DNA of 64,000 nt, from NCBI GenBank assembly GCA_965215015.1, contig OZ244042.1:5088001-5152000 (forward strand), read 5' to 3'. The translations under genes were made by a program, and so were the position numbers. Below the pieces are notes generated by a model, which did not search any database, was not told the origin of the DNA, and saw only the letters and a program-made list of their open reading frames with translations. Shown here piece by piece: positions 51,100 to 57,896 of this stretch. The first letter of the stretch is position 1; every line of letters starts with the position of its first letter. This DNA is from Candidatus Poribacteria bacterium (GTDB taxonomy: Bacteria; Poribacteria; WGA-4E; PCPOR2b).

Positions 51100-51236
51100 T
51101 TGAGTTTGTAGTCGCGCAATTCAACCCACGTCTTTAAGGGAGCCGGCATACAGCGTATGCCGACCCTTCCCCTTGCTTGCGGGGGGACTGAGGGGGGTAC
51201 GACACAGTGGGGCGTGCCGACTCCTGTCGGATGAAC
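51100..51236. repeat. REP-pair module
   Basis: TTGAGTTTGTAGTCGCGCAATTCAACCCACGTCTTTAAGGGAG, GGCATAC..GTATGCC, CCCCTTGCTTGCGGGGGG, CGTGCCGACTCCTGTCGGATG. Confidence 0.7.
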
Positions 51237-51425
51237 CTGTAGTTTGCTTAATTGCGTACCAGTTAAACTCGGGCAGTTGCAAATTTCTGATCGACCGACG
51301 TTTTCAGCTAAGTATAGTATGATGGTGAGTAATTGTCAAGAGGGTTTTCTACTTTGGCGTGTTGATCCATCTTTTTACACAAACAATCACATTTCACAAT
51401 TTGTTAATTTTTTTTTCAACTTTAA

Positions 51426-51455
51426 TGCAACTTTTTGCTGTGTCATTCGTAGTAA
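51426..51455 (+). promoter_or_regulatory. ECF-type promoter copy 1
   Basis: TGCAAC-N16-CGTAGTAA; related copies at 52887 and 53051. Confidence 0.65.
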
Positions 51456-51485
51456 AGGCAACCCGAAGTAAAAAACATAGAAGAA

Positions 51486-51632
51486 TAGGAGTTACGCCCT
51501 TCAGTTTGTAGTAGTGCAATTCAACCAGCGTCTTTAAGGGAGTAGGCATACGCCGTATACCGTCCCCTCCCCCTCGCTTGCGGGAGTTAGGGGGGGACGG
51601 CACAGTGGAGCGTGCCTACCACTGTCGGATGA
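51486..51632. repeat. REP-pair module with MITE end, between promoter and gene A0
   Basis: TAGGAGTTACGC end then the same module order as 51100-51236. Confidence 0.7.
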
Positions 51633-51778
51633 TCGGTAGACACATGGGTATAGGCAAAAAGGTATTACGCCTCGCTGTCGCTTTATTGGTGCTGATGCCT
51701 CAGTATATTGCGTCCATAATTTACTTTATCTTCCGGCTTGATGAGTCGCTTAACAAAAACACAGAAGGAGGCAAAACC

Positions 51779-52552
51779 GTGCTCTTTACAGGTAAGCAGA
51801 AGCTGGTGATAGGTGGAGCGATACTGTTCGCTGCGCTATTCGTTGTGGGTAGTTATTTCGGCAGCCACTGGTACTATGGCGATATTGAGCCGGTGCCAGA
51901 GCATCTGCTGACAATAGAGCCGCGCCCCCCAATAGTGAGCCAAGAAACGCCCGTTTCTGGCTCTCAGGATATGGAAGGACTTGAATCGTTATCGGTTGCA
52001 GAGACAGGAGAATTATCCGGTGGTAATGCTGTTTCGACACCCCTTGCGGATATAACCGATAATGAACTAGACGCACTTTTACAAGAGTTGGATGAGTCCC
52101 CTGATGAAAAGGGGGATTTTCCTGAAGTCCCCGACGGATTTCCCTCAGACCTCACCCCCGTTTGGATCGAGTATCCCGATTATAAAAAGGGGAATATGTA
52201 TGAGCATGAGATGATTTACCGTGTTTTAATAAAACTGTGGAATCAGGGAGACCACGATTTTGTGAATGGCGTTTACAGGCATGATAAGGTCTACCCCCTT
52301 TATCGCGATGTGCTGTATGTTGGCTGGAAGGAAACGGTCTTGGACACTGCTGATGGCCCGCTTACAGTCCGGTTTGTATCTAGGGCAACTGGCACCCATG
52401 CCAGATCTTCTGCTAAAGAAGATATGATCGGAGGTGCTTTTTCGTTTCAAGATTTTATTACGGGGGATTATAAAACGAGATATCCCGGACTAAAACTTGT
52501 TGAGTATGAGAATGGAGGGTATAACCCTGAAACCTTTCTCGCTAACGATTAG
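51779..52552 (+). CDS. Family-A membrane-anchored protein, copy A0 (most diverged; unknown function)
   Basis: LVIGG..LF...YFGSHWYYGDIEP anchor, acidic linker, FPEVP, RVLIKLWNQG, VYP, YNPETFL; GTG start after AGGAGG. Confidence 0.8.
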   Translation: MLFTGKQKLVIGGAILFAALFVVGSYFGSHWYYGDIEPVPEHLLTIEPRPPIVSQETPVSGSQDMEGLESLSVAETGELSGGNAVSTPLADITDNELDALLQELDESPDEKGDFPEVPDGFPSDLTPVWIEYPDYKKGNMYEHEMIYRVLIKLWNQGDHDFVNGVYRHDKVYPLYRDVLYVGWKETVLDTADGPLTVRFVSRATGTHARSSAKEDMIGGAFSFQDFITGDYKTRYPGLKLVEYENGGYNPETFLAND

Positions 52553-52631
52553 AAATTTCTCTGTTTGGAGGAAGTTTCTATCAACATAGCAGAATCCTTG
52601 GCACGGTAAACGAAGGAGAGGCCGCTGAAGG

Positions 52632-52667
52632 GGTATCCGCCATTTTTCCGGTGGATACCGCTTTTTT
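52632..52667 (+). terminator. Intrinsic terminator after A0
   Basis: GGTATCCGCC-loop-GGTGGATACC-GC-TTTTTT. Confidence 0.6.
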
Positions 52668-52749
52668 GGGGCATCGCTTCCTTTCCGTTCCGCGGCAGAC
52701 AATCTGTAGAAGGTGTTTTGAGAAAACCGATACACCCTCCCGCCGTGGC

Positions 52750-52859
52750 TTATAACCCAGAACCGTTATCAGCCCCTTTTCTCCTCTTCCACGCCTTGAC
52801 GACCTCCCCCGGCGTCAGCGGCTCTCCCAGATACGCACACCAATCGCGTCATAAATCGC
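52750..52859 (-). pseudogene. Duplicated, diverged 3' end of the molybdo-enzyme large subunit gene
   Basis: Reads AIYDAIGVRIWE/PLTPGEVVKAWKRRKGADNGSGL* versus intact AIYDAIGVRIWEQPLTPEKVVKAWKEKERSSNGSGL*; 29 bp identical (52831-52859 = 57979-58007). Confidence 0.85.
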
Positions 52860-52886
52860 AATTTGTTAATTTTTTTCAAACGTTGA

Positions 52887-52916
52887 TGCAACTTTTCGCT
52901 ACGTCATTCGTAGTAA
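52887..52916 (+). promoter_or_regulatory. ECF-type promoter copy 2
   Basis: TGCAAC-N16-CGTAGTAA within a ~75-bp block duplicated from 51398-51475. Confidence 0.65.
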
Positions 52917-53050
52917 AGGCAACCCGACCTAAAAAATCCAACAAAAATATAATATGTTCACAAATGTGTTTCTCAATCTGGTAGAATAATACCAAGCACA
53001 GGTCGTGTATCTACTCAATAATCAAGATGATATCAAAAGCGTGATTTTGA

Positions 53051-53080
53051 TGTAACTTTTCGTCATAGCATTTGTAGCAA
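53051..53080 (+). promoter_or_regulatory. ECF-type promoter copy 3 (directly upstream of sigma gene)
   Basis: TGTAAC-N16-TGTAGCAA, 30 nt before the ATG with AAGGAGG RBS. Confidence 0.55.
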
Positions 53081-53110
53081 GGACAGTCTCATACTAAAGG
53101 AGGTGTTCCT

Positions 53111-53653
53111 ATGCTAGAGGCAGTGTTTCTTGATCTTGTCAAGCAGCACCAAGGACAGGTCTATCAATACGCGCTGTACCTGCTCAATGACAAAGAGGAA
53201 GCGGAGGATGTGACTCAGGAAACTTTTATCAAAGCGTGGAATTACAATGCTGAATTACATCTTGAGACGGTCCAATCATGGTTGCTCAAATGCGCCAATC
53301 ATTTATGTATTGACCTGTTACGCCGCCGTCGATTTCGAGTACCGTTGACAGTGGGGGATACCGAAGAAATTGAAACGCTGGCACACTATCAGCGCGAGGG
53401 CGTAGCATCTCAATCATCAAATCCGTCGCCGGAAGCACTCTGCATCAGGGGAGAACATCAACAGTTGGTGCAGCAAGCCATTGCTCAACTCCCTCTCCAT
53501 TTTCGTACGGTTGTGATTATGCACGCAATAAATGACTTGAGTTTTGAGGAGATTGCGAAAACGCTCAATCAACCTGTCGGCACCGTGAAATCGAACATGT
53601 TTCGCGGAAAAAAAAGATTGCGGGAGATACTGCGAAACCTTATGAGGGGGTGA
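53111..53653 (+). CDS. ECF RNA polymerase sigma factor
   Basis: EAEDVTQETFIKAW, WLLKCANHLCID, SFEEIAKTLNQPVGTVKS. Confidence 0.92.
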   Translation: MLEAVFLDLVKQHQGQVYQYALYLLNDKEEAEDVTQETFIKAWNYNAELHLETVQSWLLKCANHLCIDLLRRRRFRVPLTVGDTEEIETLAHYQREGVASQSSNPSPEALCIRGEHQQLVQQAIAQLPLHFRTVVIMHAINDLSFEEIAKTLNQPVGTVKSNMFRGKKRLREILRNLMRG

Positions 53654-53672
53654 ATCGCTGAAACGAGATATA

Positions 53673-53957
53673 ATGACACAAGGGATACATTGTGAGGACG
53701 TCCATACAGTTTTGGAAGAATACTTTGTCGGTGAACTGAACGCCGACGCTCAAGCGACAGCTGAGACACACATTGCTACATGTCAAGGTTGCCAAAATGA
53801 GTTGAACTTCGCACTCCAAATTGATGATATACTGAAGGAGATGCCCAAACCGGCCCCACCTTCGGAGGTTTTTGATCAGGTTGAGGCCTATGTTCAATCT
53901 CATCCAAACCCCACTGCTCGGGAAATGTCAACATGCCCTAGGTTCAACATGCCCTAG
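53673..53957 (+). CDS. zf-HC2 anti-sigma factor, probably C-terminally truncated
   Basis: HIATCQGC motif; no TM helix; ends in the tandem 16-mer TCAACATGCCCTAGGT x2. Confidence 0.75.
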   Translation: MTQGIHCEDVHTVLEEYFVGELNADAQATAETHIATCQGCQNELNFALQIDDILKEMPKPAPPSEVFDQVEAYVQSHPNPTAREMSTCPRFNMP

Positions 53958-53999
53958 GTTGAGGAACCTTTACACCTATCAAAACGGAAGGAGAGTCTC

Positions 54000-54776
54000 A
54001 TGAAAACCGTATTAGACTTAATGCGTCAACCGTTAGTTATCGGTGCACTCGTATTAAGTATTCTCATTGTCAGTGGCGCGTATTTCGGCAGCCACTGGTA
54101 CTATGGTGATATTGAACCTGTCGAGAGGCCGACGGTCTCTGCACCGACTCCACTCCCGCCTAAAAGTCTTTCCCCCGCTGAAGTTGATTTGAGTGGTTTG
54201 CAAGAGGAATCATTACCTCTGCAAATGGGATCAACGCCTACAGTTCCGCCGGCAGAGAACGAGTCAGTCGATGATTTCTTGGTAGGGTTGTCGGATGAGG
54301 AGAAAGCCTTGTTGACGGCTGAAGTCGTGGAGGAGACTCAGCCGGTTTCCCCCTTTGGCTTCGGTCCATATCCCGAAGTGCCTTCAGATTATCCCGATGC
54401 GCCTATTTGGGAACGATATGATTACCCCGAAGGTGATGGGGAGTTTGGAAACGATTTTATGCAGTCTCTGGAATTGATAGATCGGGTCTTAATTAAACTC
54501 TGGAAGCAGGGTCGTAGGGCCACCTCTGCAAAAATGAATAGTAGTGGGATTGTCTATCCAGGATATCCCGATACGGTTTATGTTACATGGGCTTATGTTG
54601 AGGAACCCGATGGGACCCTTAGCCGCTATGCTTCTGACATATCGAGCGGGCCGGATGTGCCGCTGAGTGTCCATGATACTATAAGCGATGAGGGGATTAT
54701 TCCGTTCGGTATAAAGGTGCTCAGTCATGATACCGATGGAATAAATCCTTACACTTTTTTGAATCTCAATCAATAA
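54000..54776 (+). CDS. Family-A membrane-anchored protein, copy A1
   Basis: TM anchor, YFGSHWYYGD, SPFGFGPYPEVP, ELIDRVLIKLWKQG, GINPYTFLNLNQ. Confidence 0.85.
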   Translation: MKTVLDLMRQPLVIGALVLSILIVSGAYFGSHWYYGDIEPVERPTVSAPTPLPPKSLSPAEVDLSGLQEESLPLQMGSTPTVPPAENESVDDFLVGLSDEEKALLTAEVVEETQPVSPFGFGPYPEVPSDYPDAPIWERYDYPEGDGEFGNDFMQSLELIDRVLIKLWKQGRRATSAKMNSSGIVYPGYPDTVYVTWAYVEEPDGTLSRYASDISSGPDVPLSVHDTISDEGIIPFGIKVLSHDTDGINPYTFLNLNQ

Positions 54777-54787
54777 GGAGAAATACA

Positions 54788-55078
54788 ATGCGTAACCGAT
54801 TTTTGGTGGTTTTTATAGCCTGTCTTTTTGCTACTTTCTCCGTATTTCCGTTTGTGGCACTAAGCAGATAGGAATGTAAGCAAGGTGTCTGTGCCGAAGG
54901 GAGAGTATACGGTGGATCCAAGCTCAGAGCGAAGGCAAGGGTCTCTAGCACAAGCTCCTATGATGGTCGATGGACATATAGCATCAAGGCCGGAAGCCAG
55001 AAAGAAAGTAATGAGGATATTTATCGGCAAGGCTATAGTGAAACATGGGAGGTATCGGCTTATACCGCGACCGCATGA
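54788..55078 (+). pseudogene. Family-B small secreted protein, copy B1 (amber at codon 28, 3'-truncated)
   Basis: MRNRFLVVFIACLFATFSVFPFVALSR*ECKQGVCAEGRVYGGSKLRAKARVSS...WEVSAYTATA*, collinear with B2; absent from the ORF track. Confidence 0.8.
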
Positions 55079-55158
55079 CTTCTAACCTTCGCCTCCTGTT
55101 AGGCTTTGCCTAACAAGCTGTTCAGAAGCTGAAGGTTGAAAGTCTTGGAGAAAGTCCG
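55075..55158 (+). promoter_or_regulatory. Hairpin leader upstream of A2 (repeat copy 1)
   Basis: GACTTCTAACCTTC...GAAGGTTGAAAGTC outer stem, TGTTAGGC-TTT-GCCTAACA inner stem, ending just before GGAG RBS. Confidence 0.55.
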
Positions 55159-55923
55159 ATGAAAACCTTATTAGATTTAATCCGCCAACCGTTGGTTATC
55201 GGTGCGTTTGTCTTAAGCATTCTCATTGTCGTCGGTGCGTATTTCGGGAGCCACTGGTACTATGGTGATGTTGAATCTATCGCCATACCAGAAAACTCAC
55301 CGCTCGTGCCCCGTCCACCTGAGCCGGTCCCTGAAGTCAACTTAGAGGGCCTATCCGCTGAATCCGAACAAACGCCAATTGAATCAACATCTACCCCGAT
55401 TATCGGGGTGGAGAACGAGTCAGTCGATGATTTCTTGGCAGGGGTGTCGGATGAGGAGAAAGCCCGGTTGATGGCTGAAGTCATGGAGGAGACTCAGCCG
55501 GTTTCCCCCTTTGGCTTCGGTCCATATCCCAAAGTGCCTTCAGATTTTCCCGGAGATATCATTTGGGAAACGGTGGATATGTATGAAAAAATCAATCAAC
55601 ATGGACGCGGCATGATGAAGGCAATGGAATTGATGGATCGGGTGTTAATTAAACTTTGGAATCAGGGACATCACGCGACCTCTGCTTCAATGGAGAGAGG
55701 ACTCGTCTATCCAGGATTTCCCAACACGGTTTATGTCGAATGGGCTTACACCGAAGAACCAGATGGCACAGTGACCCGATATGCTTCCGAAATAACGAGT
55801 AGTTATGATGTACCGCAGAGTGTCCATGATGCTCTAAGCGAGGGAATCGTTCCGCCCAATATAACCGCGCTTGGCTATGATGATGGAATTGATCCCTACA
55901 CTTTTTTGAATCTCAACCAATAA
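55159..55923 (+). CDS. Family-A membrane-anchored protein, copy A2
   Basis: Same architecture and motifs as A1. Confidence 0.85.
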   Translation: MKTLLDLIRQPLVIGAFVLSILIVVGAYFGSHWYYGDVESIAIPENSPLVPRPPEPVPEVNLEGLSAESEQTPIESTSTPIIGVENESVDDFLAGVSDEEKARLMAEVMEETQPVSPFGFGPYPKVPSDFPGDIIWETVDMYEKINQHGRGMMKAMELMDRVLIKLWNQGHHATSASMERGLVYPGFPNTVYVEWAYTEEPDGTVTRYASEITSSYDVPQSVHDALSEGIVPPNITALGYDDGIDPYTFLNLNQ

Positions 55924-55934
55924 GGAAAAATAAA

Positions 55935-56303
55935 ATGCGTAGACGTTTTTGGGTTGGTTTGATAACCTGTCTTTTTGCTACTTTTTCCATATCCCCCCTT
56001 ATGGCAATAAGCAAGCAAAAATGTGACGGACCGGTATGTGGCAGTACGAGAGTATCAGGTGGGTCAAGGCTAAGAGCGAGGGCGACAGTCCGTTCTCCGA
56101 GCAACTGTTGGGGTGGATGGGGAATAACGGTGCGCGCTGGAAATCTGGGTAAAAACCCTTCAGACTATTACACAAAAGGGACAAGAAAGTCTGCGGAAGT
56201 CGAGGCGTATACGTCAAATGCGGCGGCATCAGTGTGGATTACCGGATATAATAAGTATGGCAATTCTTATGATGTCTATGTCTCTGAGAGGTCTGGTGGT
56301 TGA
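55935..56303 (+). CDS. Family-B small secreted basic protein, copy B2 (intact)
   Basis: Sec-type signal (MRRRFW...PLMA), CxxxxC, Gly/Ser/Arg/Tyr-rich ~98-aa mature part; RBS overlaps the A2 stop. Confidence 0.75.
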   Translation: MRRRFWVGLITCLFATFSISPLMAISKQKCDGPVCGSTRVSGGSRLRARATVRSPSNCWGGWGITVRAGNLGKNPSDYYTKGTRKSAEVEAYTSNAAASVWITGYNKYGNSYDVYVSERSGG

Positions 56304-56620
56304 TGCACCGTAGGGGTCAATCCTGATGAAACGAAACTGATGGAAACGGCACGTGAAAACGTTTCATGGCGGTGTTTCCTTGGGGTGTTTTGGGGCATTG
56401 TTAGGTATCACCAACAAACTGTCTAAGATACCCTTTTTTGACTGTATCGCGGTTCTATGAATCGTTGAGTCTCCTAACAGTCTGCCTCATTCGCTTTGAG
56501 TTTCGCAAACCGTTTGCCGATGCGCTCAGTGAGTGTAGGGCGGGACGGTGGTAACTGCGCTAATAGTCTGTGTGTCTCGTTTGTTTGTGTAGGGCTTCAC
56601 GCAGATGGTCTATCAACAAA

Positions 56621-56704
56621 ATGACTTCTAACCTTCGCCCCCTGTTAGGCTTTGCCTAACAGGCTGTTCAGAAGCTGAAGGTTGAAAGTCTTGGAGAAAG
56701 TCCG
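56621..56704 (+). promoter_or_regulatory. Hairpin leader upstream of A3 (repeat copy 2)
   Basis: Differs from 55075-55158 at two positions by eye. Confidence 0.55.
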
Positions 56705-57475
56705 ATGAAAACCTTATTAGATTTAATCCGCCAACCGTTGGTTATTGGTGCGTTTGTCTTAAGCATTCTCATTGTCGTCGGTGCGTATTTCGGGAGCCAC
56801 TGGTACTATGGTGATGTTGAATCTATCGCCATACCAGAAAACTCACCGCTCGTGCCCCGTCCACCTGAGCCGGTCCCTGAAGTCAACTTAGAGGGCCTAT
56901 CCGCTGAATCCGAACAAACGCCAATTGAATCAACATCTACCCCGATTATCGGGGTGGAGAACGAGTCAGTCGATGATTTCTTGGCAGGGGTGTCGGATGA
57001 GGAGAAAGCCCGGTTGATGGCTGAAGTCGTAGAGGAGACTCAGCCGGTTTCCCCCTTTGGCTTCGGTCCATATCCCGAAGTGCCTCCAGATTATCCCAAT
57101 GCGCCTATTTGGGAACGGTACGATTACCCCGAAGGTGATGGGGAGTTTGGAAGCGATTTTATGCGGTCTCTGGAATTGATAAATCGGGTCTTAATTAAGC
57201 TCTGGAAGCAGGGTCGTAGGGCCACCTCTGCTTCAATGGAGAGAGGACTCGTCTATCCAGGATATCCCGATACGGTTTATGTTACATGGGCTTATGTTGA
57301 GGAACCCGATGGGACCCTTAGCCGCTATGCTTCTGACATATCGAGCGGGCCGGATGTGCCGCTGAGTGTCCATGATACTATAAGCGATGAGGGGGTTATT
57401 CCTTTCGGTATAAAGGTGCTCAGTCATGATACCGATGGGATAAATCCTTACACTTTTCTGAATCTCAATCAATAA
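56705..57475 (+). CDS. Family-A membrane-anchored protein, copy A3 (A2/A1 mosaic)
   Basis: N-terminal half near-identical to A2, C-terminal half near-identical to A1, with an A2-type SMERGL patch. Confidence 0.85.
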   Translation: MKTLLDLIRQPLVIGAFVLSILIVVGAYFGSHWYYGDVESIAIPENSPLVPRPPEPVPEVNLEGLSAESEQTPIESTSTPIIGVENESVDDFLAGVSDEEKARLMAEVVEETQPVSPFGFGPYPEVPPDYPNAPIWERYDYPEGDGEFGSDFMRSLELINRVLIKLWKQGRRATSASMERGLVYPGYPDTVYVTWAYVEEPDGTLSRYASDISSGPDVPLSVHDTISDEGVIPFGIKVLSHDTDGINPYTFLNLNQ

Positions 57476-57486
57476 GGAGAAGTAAA

Positions 57487-57513
57487 ATACGTAAACGTTT
57501 TTGGGTTAGATAA
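57487..57513 (+). pseudogene. Family-B stub, copy B3
   Basis: After AAGGAG: ATA CGT AAA CGT TTT TGG GTT AGA TAA, i.e. (M)RKRFWV with lost start, matching the B2 N-terminus. Confidence 0.55.
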
Positions 57514-57788
57514 CTGAAATCCCCTTGAACGCTAAAAGCAAATCCCGATAACAGACTAGGGGCAGCCAGAAGCATCCCTTAAGTCTGATGCTAAAATCGC
57601 TAAAAAGCCCCTGGCGTGAAAGTTTCGGTTTGAGGGATGGTAGTTTTGCCTATCCCTTACCAACACAAACAACACCAGGGGCTTTTTTTTGTTTCGTCTA
57701 GCTGTAAAGTTTTCCAATGCGGGTCGTGAACGTGGGGTGTGTTGATGCTTTGTTGTTAAGGACAATCTCCCTGAACATTATAAAGTAT

Positions 57789-57866
57789 AAGGGTTATGCC
57801 CTTGAGTTTGGAGTCGCGCAATTCAACCCGCGTCTTTAAGGGAGTCGGCATACGCCGTATGCCGTA
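57789..57866. repeat. Partial REP/MITE module
   Basis: TTGAGTTTGGAGTCGCGCAATTCAACCCGCGTCTTTAAGGGAGTCGGCATACGCCGTATGCCGT. Confidence 0.7.
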
Positions 57867-57896
57867 CTCCCAATCGTCCACGCATTCCACCGTGGT

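Noticed and set aside
51578-51778. N-terminal extension of the A0 ORF in the ORF track
   Set aside because: Starts inside a REP module; paralogs and the AGGAGG RBS support GTG 51779.
54869-54871. Amber recoding (pyrrolysine or stop reassignment) for in-frame TAGs in B1 and UPF0175
   Set aside because: Both genes have other lesions (truncation, frameshift) and many intact genes here end in TAG.
56320-56368. Hammerhead ribozyme core (CTGATGA...GAAA)
   Set aside because: No valid stem II or flanking stems; better explained by the ATGAAACG/CGTTTCAT inverted repeat.
54000-57475. Diversity-generating retroelement (TR/VR) behind the near-identical repeats
   Set aside because: No reverse transcriptase in the window, and differences are block swaps rather than adenine-specific substitutions.
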